The translations under genes were made by a program, and so were the position numbers. This document shows, piece after piece, positions 11,830-22,831 of a stretch of DNA of 64,000 nucleotides (position 1 is the first letter of the stretch; every line of letters starts with the position of its first letter). The notes beneath the pieces were generated by a model, which worked only from the letters and a program-made list of their open reading frames with translations, ran no database searches and was not told where the DNA came from. The DNA is from a virus: positions 2,465-66,464 of IMG/VR virus record IMGVR_UViG_3300046167_000417; one strand, 5' to 3'.

Positions 11830-12333
11830 TTAATTTTTTACTTTTCCGTCTGGTAAATATTTTTTTAATCTATCTAATATTTTAGTGCTAGTGTTTTTAG
11901 AAAACAAAGATCCAAGTGAACCTACAAAATTATTAGTTGCATCTTCTACTGATTCTAAAATAGGTCTGCCTTCTTTTATATTTTGAGCTTCGTGAATTAA
12001 TCCGCCTACATTAGAACCAATAACACCAATAGTTTTACCTGGTAGTGTTTTTCCAAAAGAACCTAACTTGTCTTGTATTGATCTAGAAGTTTGATCACCA
12101 GCAAAATAATGTCTAGCCGTATCGCCGTGCTCAAAAGAGTTTTGCTCTTTCATTAAACCATCTTTGTCTGGAGTAATACTTAAATACTCATCAGTTCTTT
12201 GTCTTGCTTTTTCTTGTGGAAAGTTTAAAGCCTCTTCAGCTTTATGTTCTATGTTTGAAAAAGCGTTAGACTGGTTTGGTGGATCTTGTTTGTTAATAGG
12301 GTTTTTACCCGTAAATTTTGATGAAAAACTCAT
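11830..12333 (-). CDS. Hypothetical protein, DUF6973/serum-amyloid-A-like helical domain
   Basis: Motif GDTARH...HE...EDATNNFVG. Confidence 0.5.
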   Translation of the reverse strand: MSFSSKFTGKNPINKQDPPNQSNAFSNIEHKAEEALNFPQEKARQRTDEYLSITPDKDGLMKEQNSFEHGDTARHYFAGDQTSRSIQDKLGSFGKTLPGKTIGVIGSNVGGLIHEAQNIKEGRPILESVEDATNNFVGSLGSLFSKNTSTKILDRLKKYLPDGKVKN

Positions 12334-12338
12334 GTGAC

Positions 12339-13607
12339 TTAATGTTTAATCCATTTAGATTTACCTCTCATCACTTGAACTATTTCGTCAAGTTTTATAT
12401 TAGATAATCTTATTTTAGCATTTCTTAATTTAGAGCTTTTTTCTCTTCTTAGTCTTTGAACTATGTACTCTGGTTGATTTATTCTAGTAGATATAAGAGC
12501 ATGTAATATATAAGCATACATTGCGTCTTCAGCCATTTTAGGTATTCTACTATCTAGGTCAAAAGCTAGTCCATCTGAGATGTACTCTAGTACTATTAGT
12601 TTACCAACTAAATTACTTGAAAAAGAAACTTTACCTTCTCTTTCGTTCATATTAAACCATCCGTTCATTTGAGAGTACTGAGGATCCATTCCATACATTC
12701 TTCCGTAACCAGATCCAATAGTATTGCCTAAGTCACCCCAGTTGTAAGCCCACATATCATTTGTAAAATCATTGGTAAAATTACCGTCAATAAAATCAGT
12801 GTTAGCGTTATGCCATCTTTCCTGAGTTATAGACGTTCCTTCTATGTCGTTACCCCATTGATCTTGAGTTGGTATACCTGCTGAGTCTTGAGCTTGAGTG
12901 TAGTAAGGGCTAGTTGTTAAGTTGTTGGCTGGATACATAGGTCTTTTAACACCTAATTCATCAATCCAAGACATACTTACATAGTTAACATAGTCTTGAG
13001 GCAGCACTAAAGTAAGCTCGTTAGGTACAGTTAGTTCAGCTTTTTTTATACTTTTTAAAGTGTCATAGCTAAACTCTTGCATTGCTCTTTTAGTGTGGAA
13101 TATTACATCCGTTCTTTTAGCGTTTGGTATTAATTTACCTTGCCCTATATATCCTACTAAGAAATTACTAACAATGTCGTTTAGTTTAATATATTGATAT
13201 CCTCCGTAGTTATCTTCTACTGCTTGCCCGTATGCTTTTTCAGCCTCTGTGTTGGCGTACTTACCACCACTTAATGTTTTTAATTGAACAACTATAAAAG
13301 CGTTTGCTTGTGGAGACGCAGTTAAAGATATAGTTTTGCCATTAGTAACTACTATTTCTGTAACCCATTGACTCCAGGTCCCAGCTAAACCGCTTTGACT
13401 TGTGTAAACTTTAAAGTTGTTTAAGCCATAGTCAGGGTCACTAGGATTCCAGCTAGTAGGACTTCCTAATATTAAGTCTGTATTAAAATCTGTTGTAAAT
13501 TTTTGATTAGGTGCTACAGATCCAGCTCCTCTAAAGTCTTGCGTTCCTTGATAATACTGTTGAGAATTTTCAGTTATTAATCCGTTATTAGTAGGTTGTA
13601 TAGCCAT
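12339..13607 (-). CDS. Tail tubular/ring (head-tail adaptor) protein
   Basis: LPQDYVNYV and LEYISDG motifs; position after the capsid genes. Confidence 0.65.
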   Translation of the reverse strand: MAIQPTNNGLITENSQQYYQGTQDFRGAGSVAPNQKFTTDFNTDLILGSPTSWNPSDPDYGLNNFKVYTSQSGLAGTWSQWVTEIVVTNGKTISLTASPQANAFIVVQLKTLSGGKYANTEAEKAYGQAVEDNYGGYQYIKLNDIVSNFLVGYIGQGKLIPNAKRTDVIFHTKRAMQEFSYDTLKSIKKAELTVPNELTLVLPQDYVNYVSMSWIDELGVKRPMYPANNLTTSPYYTQAQDSAGIPTQDQWGNDIEGTSITQERWHNANTDFIDGNFTNDFTNDMWAYNWGDLGNTIGSGYGRMYGMDPQYSQMNGWFNMNEREGKVSFSSNLVGKLIVLEYISDGLAFDLDSRIPKMAEDAMYAYILHALISTRINQPEYIVQRLRREKSSKLRNAKIRLSNIKLDEIVQVMRGKSKWIKH

Positions 13608-13613
13608 TGTATA

Positions 13614-14546
13614 TTAGTTTCTTTCGTTTTGTGCCTCTTGAGCAATTTCACTAGCAGCGGCTTGAACTATACTTGGATCTTTTATTACAACTCCAGCATA
13701 AAGCAAAATTTGCAAAACAACATTTGTTTGTTCTGTTATATCTAACTGAAAGTCAACTGATGTTGAAGGATTCCACGTGTATGTATAGTCAGGAGCTGAC
13801 GATGTAAAGTTCCAAACAACATCCGCTGGTTTTTTAACGTAAGTAGCTTGTACGTTAGAATTTATTGATTGAGGATATATAGTTATTTTATTATCTTCGT
13901 ATATGTAAACTGGAAAATAAGTTGAAGGTTTAGTTATTGTAGATAAGTTTAATTGAGCTAGTTCATTTCTTTGAACAGCTTCAACCTCTTTGTCGTCATT
14001 ATAAATAACAGTACCTAACTTATAAAAATCTAAAGGATACAATGTTATAACTATACTTACGCCTACCCCTAGTGCTCCAGCTGTTAAATTAAAATTACCA
14101 CCTGTTATATTGTAGTTGGTGTATACAACACCATTAACAGTTACAACAACTTGGCTTTGTTCAACCTGAGCTTGAGTTATAGTTGTTAAAGGATATGATA
14201 TAGTGTTTAGTGTTCCTGTTAAGTTTTGAGTTCCAGTAGCTGTCCCTGAAGATGTTGGGGTTGTAAAAAAACCTGGTTGCGTGGTAGTTGGCGCCGTATA
14301 AGTACAAGAGCCTATAGTTTTAAAAACGTCAAGTTTTTCCTGTACGCTTTTATACCTGTTGCCGTATTCACTTTCGTTTTGCGGCACTCGTAGTTGTTGG
14401 TTTATAGTTTCAAAGTAAGTGTCAACTATATCAAGCTGTACTTGAGTAGCTAACTTGTTAAACTCGTTAGGCGTGAGATAACCTCTTTGTTCCTTATTTA
14501 TTATTAACAAGACTGTTTTATAAACTTGATCTACGTTTATTGCCAT
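13614..14546 (-). CDS. Tail tubular/ring protein
   Basis: INKEQRGYLTPNEFN N-terminus and YVKKP motif. Confidence 0.65.
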   Translation of the reverse strand: MAINVDQVYKTVLLIINKEQRGYLTPNEFNKLATQVQLDIVDTYFETINQQLRVPQNESEYGNRYKSVQEKLDVFKTIGSCTYTAPTTTQPGFFTTPTSSGTATGTQNLTGTLNTISYPLTTITQAQVEQSQVVVTVNGVVYTNYNITGGNFNLTAGALGVGVSIVITLYPLDFYKLGTVIYNDDKEVEAVQRNELAQLNLSTITKPSTYFPVYIYEDNKITIYPQSINSNVQATYVKKPADVVWNFTSSAPDYTYTWNPSTSVDFQLDITEQTNVVLQILLYAGVVIKDPSIVQAAASEIAQEAQNERN

Positions 14547-14564
14547 TTTAATTTGTTTATTATA

Positions 14565-14593
14565 ATATGGGCCCGAGTGAACGAGCCCTATAT
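14565..14593 (-). terminator. Intergenic hairpin, possible terminator
   Basis: GGGCcCG-agtgaa-CGaGCCC stem in an AT-rich spacer. Confidence 0.4.
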
Positions 14594-14605
14594 TAGTATT
14601 ACATG

Positions 14606-15370
14606 TTATTTAAACTTTTTCTCGATAGACTTGTATATTTCTACTCCTTCGTCAGTCTTCAAGAAAGCAGCAAACGCTGCATATGGATTTTCATCAAATG
14701 GTACAGTCATTAATTTTCTTCCATTGCTAGCCCAAGTAAATACACGTTGATCTTGTGATAACTTTATTATTCTAGCTTCAGTGGCTTTTATACCAAAATT
14801 TCTTAATTGTACATTTTCATCATTTGCTAACTCCATAAATAATTGTGGATTTGATTTAGCAAACATTAATAAATCTCTCTTTATTTCTTTAGAACTTAGT
14901 TTGTTTATGCTAGTTCCTATTTCCACTCTCAATACAGCTTCAGCTTGGTCTATATCCATATCTCTAGCTGCTAAAAGTGCTTGTATTTCCCACTCCATCC
15001 ACTGTAATTCGTTAACAGCATTTTCTTGTGGTTTTAGTTCTTTAAATCTATGCCCTGACAAAGGGTGATATAAAGACAATAGTTTTTGTAAGTTTTGTTT
15101 TTCTTTTGGAACAGCTAAAACGCCGTCTCTAAAAGTTATATGACCCATTGTTGATTCTCCTTTGTGTTCATCTACAAAGACAGATGCTTGGTTTGTTGCG
15201 TACTTAAGTTCTCTTTGAGATCCTCTTGATTCATCAAACCACAATAATGGATGTTTTTTTGTATGCTTACTAGGTATTGTATAAGTCAATGGTGACTCAT
15301 TACCTGTTAGATAGTAATTTCTATCTTTTATTTCCCACTCAGTAGGTTTAGTTTGTTTTTTTGTTGACAT
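14606..15370 (-). CDS. Hypothetical structural/assembly protein (254 aa)
   Basis: Clean ORF directly downstream of the major capsid gene. Confidence 0.6.
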   Translation of the reverse strand: MSTKKQTKPTEWEIKDRNYYLTGNESPLTYTIPSKHTKKHPLLWFDESRGSQRELKYATNQASVFVDEHKGESTMGHITFRDGVLAVPKEKQNLQKLLSLYHPLSGHRFKELKPQENAVNELQWMEWEIQALLAARDMDIDQAEAVLRVEIGTSINKLSSKEIKRDLLMFAKSNPQLFMELANDENVQLRNFGIKATEARIIKLSQDQRVFTWASNGRKLMTVPFDENPYAAFAAFLKTDEGVEIYKSIEKKFK

Positions 15371-15407
15371 AATATAATATAATTAAATAATTTTATAAGG
15401 GTAATTG

Positions 15408-15434
15408 TTACCCCCGTAATTACAACGAGGGTAA
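15408..15434 (-). terminator. Hairpin downstream of the major capsid gene
   Basis: TTACCCCCGT-aattaca-ACGAGGGTAA inverted repeat. Confidence 0.55.
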
Positions 15435-15453
15435 GAATTACATTTGTTGAATC

Positions 15454-16932
15454 TTAGATTCCTTTGAACAATACGAAGTTGTTCGCAGCTTGTGTAACTA
15501 AACATCTTTCTGATAAGAAGTTTACTTCCATTGCATCCAAAGATGAAGTAAAAGCACCTCCTACAGAACCAGTCAACCAAGACTTCATACGTCTGTCATC
15601 AGCTTGAGAAGCTCTATAACGCACGTGTAAGAATGGTCTTCTAATATTTGTTCCTAAGATTTGATCATATACCGTAGAAGTTCCAGCTGGTACTAACACA
15701 CCTTCAATAGATGCAGGTCCAGAAATAGCTCCACGAGTAGAAGCATCGTTTAAGTATTTCCAGTCAGTTTTGTAGAAGTCATAAGAACCTCTTCTGAAAC
15801 CAGAGAAACCTAAATTTAATGCCATTTCTTCAGAATTTTCAAATAATCCAAAAGCAGTACCTCCAGCGAATCCACCTGAGATAGAAGCAAGCATATCATC
15901 AAAATCAAGAGCAGTAGCTCTGTTTAAGAATAACATGTTTTCTTCAATAGCTCCTTGAGTATCTAAGTTTTTAAGTATTGCATCAAAAGCATCTAATCCA
16001 GCAGCAGCTGTAAATCCAGTTTGTACATTACCTCTCTGACTGATAGCAGAGAATAAACCTTGAGAACCACCACTTTGATTTGTTAATGCAGCAGGTCCAC
16101 CAGCACTTAATTCTCCTTCAACCATTGCCATTTCTAAGTAATCTTCAAAACGTAAACGAGTTTCAGATTCAGCTTTTAAATACCATAAGTATCCTCCAGT
16201 TCCATCTTCAGTAGCAACTTCTACCCATCCAATCTGAGCAGTGTCAGAACCATTAATAGTATAAGTACTTCTAATGATTATTGGAGAGTTTGAAAATTGA
16301 GTAAAGCTAGGATCTACAGTAACCATAGGGTTAGCGTTAGCAGCGTAAGTATTTGCTCCTACAGCTGCGTTTGCAGTTGAAGTTCCTTTTTGAAAATCAG
16401 AACCGTAAACAAATATCTTTTTTCCAGCACCGTCAGCGATACCAGCAGCAGCTAAATTAGCGAAGCCATAAGGCTCTACAACTAACTGTCCTGGATTACC
16501 TCCTCCACCTGCTAAGCGAGTGTCAGAAGTTCTAACGAAACATTTTGCTTCACCACCGAATTGATCCATTACAACTATTGTTGCACCTGGAGAAATTACG
16601 TTTACAATTGGCACAGCAGCACCCGCAGCTGTAACAGGAATTGTAATTGTTCCCGCTCCAGAAGCTGAAGTACAGTCGTTGTAAGCAATGTGTAATCTAT
16701 TTTGTTCAGACCAAATTACTTGATCAGATGTCATTGGCATTTCAGCGCCAACCATTCTTAAAAATCCTGATAACGTTCTGTTACCATATCTTTCTACCTC
16801 TGCTTCGTAAAGCTCTGGTAGGTATTGTTGTGAGAAATCGTTTTGTCCACCTGTAAAATTTAGGTAGTTGTTTGCCAACGTTTGTTGTTGTTGACTTGGT
16901 ACGATTGAACCAAATTGCGGAGCAATTGCCAT
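15454..16932 (-). CDS. Major capsid protein
   Basis: 492 aa, follows portal and scaffold, followed by a hairpin. Confidence 0.8.
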   Translation of the reverse strand: MAIAPQFGSIVPSQQQQTLANNYLNFTGGQNDFSQQYLPELYEAEVERYGNRTLSGFLRMVGAEMPMTSDQVIWSEQNRLHIAYNDCTSASGAGTITIPVTAAGAAVPIVNVISPGATIVVMDQFGGEAKCFVRTSDTRLAGGGGNPGQLVVEPYGFANLAAAGIADGAGKKIFVYGSDFQKGTSTANAAVGANTYAANANPMVTVDPSFTQFSNSPIIIRSTYTINGSDTAQIGWVEVATEDGTGGYLWYLKAESETRLRFEDYLEMAMVEGELSAGGPAALTNQSGGSQGLFSAISQRGNVQTGFTAAAGLDAFDAILKNLDTQGAIEENMLFLNRATALDFDDMLASISGGFAGGTAFGLFENSEEMALNLGFSGFRRGSYDFYKTDWKYLNDASTRGAISGPASIEGVLVPAGTSTVYDQILGTNIRRPFLHVRYRASQADDRRMKSWLTGSVGGAFTSSLDAMEVNFLSERCLVTQAANNFVLFKGI

Positions 16933-16947
16933 AATTTTAATTTTTAA

Positions 16948-18174
16948 TTAGTTAAACTTTTTAGTTTTAATTTTTAGTTTTGACGAGTCTAACCCACTAA
17001 TTGCTTTAACTTTTAATCCATTTATAAATACATTTCCGTCGGCAACTCGCCTAGGTTCGTCTTTAGATGGATTTTTAGATCCACTGATTATGCTTTTTAC
17101 ACCATCAGCTTTTCCTTGTTCGTAAAAATGATTAGCAAGTTTATCTGCGTTCATAGCAGCATACATCGCTTTATGGTAACCTGCAGCATCTGTCATTAAT
17201 CCTTCTTCGTTTGTATATTTACCCACGAAATTTTGTACGTCAGCTTGTAGTTCACCTACTTTAACCGGATCTTTAATTCCATATCTAAATCTTTTTTCCC
17301 CAAGATTAAATTCAAAACCTTTGAATTCATTGTTGAATAGTTTTTTAGTTCTGTCTCTAAAATCACCGTGCATTTGTGTAGCAACTTCTTGTTGCTGCTT
17401 ATATTGGTCGTAAAAGCTAATAGCTTCTTGTTGCTCTTGAGTAACGCCCGGTCTCAACTTGATCTCGTCGTAATATTTGCTCTTAGAACTTTCAAGAAAT
17501 TGTTTTGCATTTGCAACCTCTTCCTTAAACGCAAGTTTTTTCTTACGTATTTCTCTTGGCTCATCTACATCTTCATCAAAATCAAAATTATCTTCCATTA
17601 AAAAGCTAATTTCTTCTTGATCTAAATGTGGTTTTGCCTTTGTATAATATTCTCTTAAAACATCTTTAGAACTGTAAGAGTTGTAGTCTTTATTTAAAGC
17701 TACATAATCTTGTACAGTTCCGCCGGTTTCTTCCATAAAAGATACTAGCTTTTCGATATTTTCTGGTAAAGGTTTACCTAAGATTTTTTCATCTCTTTGT
17801 GCTTCTTTAACTTCTTGAGCTATTTCCTTTACCTCTTCTTTTGTTATTTCTTGGATGGGGGTAATTTCTTCAACAACCTTTTCGGGCTTTGATACTTGTT
17901 CGTCCATTCCAGAGCTATCTCCGGTTTGTTCGCCCACATCCATCTTCTTTGTTTCTCCGATTTGAATGGCATCTTCTTCTTTGTTTAGAGCCTCAGTAGG
18001 TACTTCTATTTTTATAACCTCTGGAGCTATCTCACCTGTTGCTTCTGGTTTTGTTAAATCAACCTTAGTTATTTCTTCCTTAGATTGTAAACTTAGATTT
18101 TTAGGTTTTCTTTTTTTAACTTTGAACTCGCCTTCTTGTTTAACGGGTTCTTGTGGTTTTGTTTCTTCTGACAT
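16948..18174 (-). CDS. Putative scaffolding protein
   Basis: Acidic low-complexity N-terminus; lies between portal and capsid. Confidence 0.65.
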   Translation of the reverse strand: MSEETKPQEPVKQEGEFKVKKRKPKNLSLQSKEEITKVDLTKPEATGEIAPEVIKIEVPTEALNKEEDAIQIGETKKMDVGEQTGDSSGMDEQVSKPEKVVEEITPIQEITKEEVKEIAQEVKEAQRDEKILGKPLPENIEKLVSFMEETGGTVQDYVALNKDYNSYSSKDVLREYYTKAKPHLDQEEISFLMEDNFDFDEDVDEPREIRKKKLAFKEEVANAKQFLESSKSKYYDEIKLRPGVTQEQQEAISFYDQYKQQQEVATQMHGDFRDRTKKLFNNEFKGFEFNLGEKRFRYGIKDPVKVGELQADVQNFVGKYTNEEGLMTDAAGYHKAMYAAMNADKLANHFYEQGKADGVKSIISGSKNPSKDEPRRVADGNVFINGLKVKAISGLDSSKLKIKTKKFN

Positions 18175-18202
18175 GATAAAATATTATATAATTATTAAAT
18201 AG

Positions 18203-20617
18203 TTAACTAGGCGGCATTATATTTTGTAAACCAAACGTGCCTAGTTGTGATGAATCTCCACTTTCAAAATCTACTGGAGCTGAATCATTTTGTCGTTGAT
18301 TTATTAATTGACTTTGTTGAGTTCCTTGTAATTTAACTCTTTTATCTTTTCTATCCTCTATTTTGTTTTCTTTTTCAGACTCTACGCCCATTTTTATTTG
18401 AGCTAACTGTTTTTGGTACTCAAACTCTTGAGCCATTAGCTGTTGCTTAACCGTCATCTCTGTTTGCATCCTTTGAATTTCAAACTGTGATTTAGCTTGC
18501 TCTACTTGCACCTTTGATTCTGTCATAGCTTGGTTTTTTTGAACCTCAGCCATAGCGGCAGCCTCTGTAGTTTTAGCATTTGCCTGTGCTTGCGCTTGAA
18601 TCATTTGTTGTTGTTGTGCCTGTTCTCTTGCTAGTTTCTTTTTTCTTTTCTGCTTCAACAGCTGATTAGCTAATTTAAGGTTTTTTATTTGCCTTATATC
18701 TATAGCGTCTTCTAAATCAATACCTCCACTTTGTAAAGCTATTTGTATGTTTTGCTCTAACTGAGCTTGAGCTTCGTCGTCAGGTTCTAGTTCTAAGAAT
18801 ATACCAAAATCATGTAGATTAAGTGTGGCTATTTCAGCTAACGTACTAGCATTAAATAGTGATATACTCTCTATTAAAGCATTTTTAGTTAAAGGAAAAG
18901 AAAGTACATCAACCATTTTTAAAGATATGTTTTCACATATTCTAAGAGCAAGAAACAAGCTAGCTTGATTAACGTGCTTAGTTGCTATATTAGATTGATT
19001 AGCAGCCATCTTTGCTATACCTACTAAAGCGTCTTTATCTTGCATACTACCATCTCTAGCTTCGTTAAGACCTGTTACATCTCTTATCATTTGTAGATAA
19101 TAATTGTAAGTCATTATTAAGCTTTGTAGCTTAGCACTTCCAGCTGATGACTGTAGTTCTTGAATAGGTACTTTACCTCTATTAAGCTCTCCATCTTGAG
19201 TTAAGGATCTACCAACAATGGAACCAGTTTGAAAATACATATTTAATGCTTCTGCTGGGTTGTAATTTGTACCATTACCTAGGTCAACTTCAGCAAGCCC
19301 ATCCATATCTAAGAATACACCATCTGGTACCATTCTAGATAAAACTTGCTGCATTTTCAAATGTGTTATTTGAATCATGTCAGCAAAACCTGTTATCTTA
19401 CTTACTATAGACTCTATTCTACCCTTGTACATTCTAGGAGCACATATAGCATAGTTCATTTCAACTTTAGTGCTATCAGAATTAGGTCTAGTCATGTTTT
19501 CAGCAAGTTCCCATTTTAGCATTATATCTGTACCAAGAACTTTTACACCTGAATATAAAACCTCTATAGTTCTAGAAACTCTATTATATGTATCAGCAGG
19601 AGGTGGATTAAATTCGTCTGTTTTTTGAATAACTTTTTCTAAACCATTTTCAGTGTTTTTTAACTTAAACACTTGGTTCATGTATGTTTTATATTCAAAA
19701 TACATAACTTGAACAGTGTTACTATCGTAATTACCCCACCCTGTTATATACTGCCTATTACCTGGCATTTCCTGTATTCTTTGAAGTTCTCTTTCTGGTA
19801 TATTAGGAAATTGTTTTTTTAGTTCAGGTATTGTAATAGATTTAACTTCACCGACATAGTAAACATCTTCAAAGTTAGGGTCTTCTGTATATGAATATAT
19901 TAAGTTAGCTGGATCAACGTAGTCAACAACTATACCATTTGTTTTGTTGAAACTTGTCTTAGCACAAGCAATACCACAGACAACTAAATCCTCGTTTATT
20001 CTTCTTTTTATCAAAGGCCACCTATTGCTAGCCAATGTAGTTGTTATAGCTTCTTCTTCTGCTATTTCTACTGATTGCTTGTAGGAAAGCTGCATGTGAA
20101 GTTCTAATTCCTCATTACTTTGAGGTAGTTGTTCGTCTGGTATTTTTGACTGCTTAGCGTCAATACCTAAAGCTTGTTTTGCTTGCTGCATTAGCTCTTT
20201 AGCGTACATATCTTCCGCTATAGCTTGTGCATACTTTGTTCGTTTTTTTACAGACTCTGGATCTTGGGAAAAAGCTTTAATTTCAAACTCCTTATTTGAT
20301 ATACCATTTACTACTATATTTACAAATTTTGATATAACAGGAACTGGCTTCCAGTCTAAATTTAAATAAGACAAATCACCATTTATAGATAATTCGTCTT
20401 TGTATTTTTGAACAGATTGTTCTCCTCTAGCGTACAGTCTTAGATTATGAAAATTATTCCAACTCGTAAGGTATCTGTTACCGTTTGTTCTACCTTGATT
20501 AAACCACTCAGTTTCAATAGCAGAAGCTACTTGAGAGCCGTACTCTCTTGAAGCTTTTTCAGCGTCTGGTACTACCTGACTAGGAAAAGCGCTATTTGAA
20601 TTAGTATATATTTTCAT
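18203..20617 (-). CDS. Portal protein
   Basis: 804 aa after TerL; IRDVTGLNEARDG motif; Gln-rich coiled-coil C-terminus. Confidence 0.85.
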   Translation of the reverse strand: MKIYTNSNSAFPSQVVPDAEKASREYGSQVASAIETEWFNQGRTNGNRYLTSWNNFHNLRLYARGEQSVQKYKDELSINGDLSYLNLDWKPVPVISKFVNIVVNGISNKEFEIKAFSQDPESVKKRTKYAQAIAEDMYAKELMQQAKQALGIDAKQSKIPDEQLPQSNEELELHMQLSYKQSVEIAEEEAITTTLASNRWPLIKRRINEDLVVCGIACAKTSFNKTNGIVVDYVDPANLIYSYTEDPNFEDVYYVGEVKSITIPELKKQFPNIPERELQRIQEMPGNRQYITGWGNYDSNTVQVMYFEYKTYMNQVFKLKNTENGLEKVIQKTDEFNPPPADTYNRVSRTIEVLYSGVKVLGTDIMLKWELAENMTRPNSDSTKVEMNYAICAPRMYKGRIESIVSKITGFADMIQITHLKMQQVLSRMVPDGVFLDMDGLAEVDLGNGTNYNPAEALNMYFQTGSIVGRSLTQDGELNRGKVPIQELQSSAGSAKLQSLIMTYNYYLQMIRDVTGLNEARDGSMQDKDALVGIAKMAANQSNIATKHVNQASLFLALRICENISLKMVDVLSFPLTKNALIESISLFNASTLAEIATLNLHDFGIFLELEPDDEAQAQLEQNIQIALQSGGIDLEDAIDIRQIKNLKLANQLLKQKRKKKLAREQAQQQQMIQAQAQANAKTTEAAAMAEVQKNQAMTESKVQVEQAKSQFEIQRMQTEMTVKQQLMAQEFEYQKQLAQIKMGVESEKENKIEDRKDKRVKLQGTQQSQLINQRQNDSAPVDFESGDSSQLGTFGLQNIMPPS

Positions 20618-22831
20618 TTATTCAATTATTTTTGACAATGTACCTTTATTATTATATCTTTTAAAACCTAAATTGTAAGAAGGTCTTTTGAATGTTGGGT
20701 TTGGTTTATACTTATTTTTATTACAGGCCATAATAGCTAAGCCTGAACTTATAGATGCATCATGTGATGTTCTATTGTTTATATTAAATTTAGCCCAATC
20801 TTCAAGAGTTCTTTGGAAATAAACATCGCCATAGTTACCATCATCTTTTAAACCAACATGATGTTCTATGTAAGATTCTATAGCTGCAGCATGAGCTTGC
20901 TTTATGTCTTCACTAGAGTTTGGTATTCCACCTATCTCTCTTTCTGTAGTTGATAGTTTACTGTATTTTTTATCTGGTCTGTTTATAGAATAACCTCTAT
21001 AGCCTCTACGTTTAAAATAGTACAATAGTCTAGGTTTATTGTTTTCAGCAAGTATTGGCATACCGTAAAAAACACAAGCCATTAATACATCTTCAAAAAA
21101 TATTTCAGCTGTTTGAGGTCTAGATATATATTCTAGGAAAAAATGATTTGATGGAACGTTATCCATGTTAAACTTAGTTAAACCATGTAAAGCCCCATTA
21201 GATCCTCTTCTATCTACAGTTCCAGATATATCGTAACTATCACAGCCAAAAGCCCCCATGTAATCATTACCAGGCCATTTAAGTCCATTTTTCTTTATAA
21301 CACTATTTTGCATTTCAACAGATGGTATCCAGGATACAAAAAATCTACCCTGCTTGCTAGGCATAAAAACAACTTTAGTATCTTTAACACCATTAACCCA
21401 TTGGAAATTGCCTTGTGTTATTATTCCGCTGTTTTTTAAATCAGCATTCCAATCTACTTGTTGGTATATTTTAGTAAGATTAAATAAAGATGATTTAGCC
21501 TCATCTCTAAATGCGTGTTCTTCTGTTCTTGGAAACTGACGGTAAAATTCGTTTAAACCATCTTGATCTTCTTTTAAACCATTTACTTCATTTTGCCAGT
21601 ATTCAATTACACCTATTTTTATATCAGATCCATGCGGATCTTTTACAGCTTTTTTAGGCGTGTCGAAGACAGGTATGCCATAAGAATCAATGTATCCTTC
21701 GTAATTCCATTCCATAGGTATGAACAAAGAATATAGTCCCGAGCTAGTTTGCCCATTGGCGTTTCTTTTTGTAACATCTGAAGCGTTATATAGGTTTTTA
21801 AAATTATCTCCTCCTTTATCTAAAGCGTTTGATGTACTTCCCATCATGCACTTACCTATGACCTTACTACCTAGTCTTAATGTTGTTTTCGTAACCCTCC
21901 AGTTATTGAGGATGTTGTTTGGTCTTTCCCATTTACCTGATTCATCATGAACGAGGAGCTTGAGTTTCTCTCCATCATAGGAGTTATCCCCTGTGTTCTT
22001 CCAGTCGATAGTGGTGTCAAGACCGGTAATTTCTTGTACTTTTGTATTGGCGTCAAGCTTTCTACGGGTGAATTTAGAAGCGGGAACTCTGTAAGCAAGC
22101 TCGGTTTTTGGCCTGTCCATACCATCTTGGATCGGTTTAAAAAAGAAAGGGTAGTTAACGGAAATTGGTACAACTTTATCTGTGAACATCTTTTTAGCAT
22201 CGGGACCAGATTTGGACAATATGCCGAACCGTGAATCCGTGGATATTGTAGCAAGGTTGACCGATTCAGCTGAGGACATAAATGAGAATCCTGATCTACG
22301 GTTTTTAAGATAGCACATTCCATATGATCTTGGGTCTGCTTTGCAAGCCTCCCAAAAGATGTAGAATAATCTATTTGATTCCCTAAAGTCTGGTTTCCCA
22401 ACATCAATCTTGGACCACTGCAAGTACATGTAATGAGTACCAGTGATATAAGTAGGAATGTCTTTGTTAACAAACCAAAAACCTTCTTCACGTCTAGTAA
22501 ATTCTTTGTCAATATAGTCATACCATTTTTCTTTAAAATCTAATGGATATTCTTCCCAGTCGAATACAGATTTAATTTTTTTTAATTGCTTAGGGTATTC
22601 AGAATAATTCCACTTATTGTTTTCAAACTTTACGACTTCATTTTCTTTTGGCAGAGCTATTTTAAGATTCTGTATTTCATACACCTCTCCTATTTGACCT
22701 GTCTTACTTATTACTACTATGTCATATTCCTCATTGTAGCCATATTCCCATTTCTTATGTTTGTTCTTGTGATTTAAAGTTTTAGAATCAACATAGTTTT
22801 TTAATACTTTATATAGAGTTTGCTCGTACAT
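20618..22831 (-). CDS. terL: Terminase large subunit
   Basis: Walker A-like KNRRSGFS, Walker B LLVHDESGK, GSTSN, nuclease GCDSYD and HDASIS. Confidence 0.9.
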   Translation of the reverse strand: MYEQTLYKVLKNYVDSKTLNHKNKHKKWEYGYNEEYDIVVISKTGQIGEVYEIQNLKIALPKENEVVKFENNKWNYSEYPKQLKKIKSVFDWEEYPLDFKEKWYDYIDKEFTRREEGFWFVNKDIPTYITGTHYMYLQWSKIDVGKPDFRESNRLFYIFWEACKADPRSYGMCYLKNRRSGFSFMSSAESVNLATISTDSRFGILSKSGPDAKKMFTDKVVPISVNYPFFFKPIQDGMDRPKTELAYRVPASKFTRRKLDANTKVQEITGLDTTIDWKNTGDNSYDGEKLKLLVHDESGKWERPNNILNNWRVTKTTLRLGSKVIGKCMMGSTSNALDKGGDNFKNLYNASDVTKRNANGQTSSGLYSLFIPMEWNYEGYIDSYGIPVFDTPKKAVKDPHGSDIKIGVIEYWQNEVNGLKEDQDGLNEFYRQFPRTEEHAFRDEAKSSLFNLTKIYQQVDWNADLKNSGIITQGNFQWVNGVKDTKVVFMPSKQGRFFVSWIPSVEMQNSVIKKNGLKWPGNDYMGAFGCDSYDISGTVDRRGSNGALHGLTKFNMDNVPSNHFFLEYISRPQTAEIFFEDVLMACVFYGMPILAENNKPRLLYYFKRRGYRGYSINRPDKKYSKLSTTEREIGGIPNSSEDIKQAHAAAIESYIEHHVGLKDDGNYGDVYFQRTLEDWAKFNINNRTSHDASISSGLAIMACNKNKYKPNPTFKRPSYNLGFKRYNNKGTLSKIIE

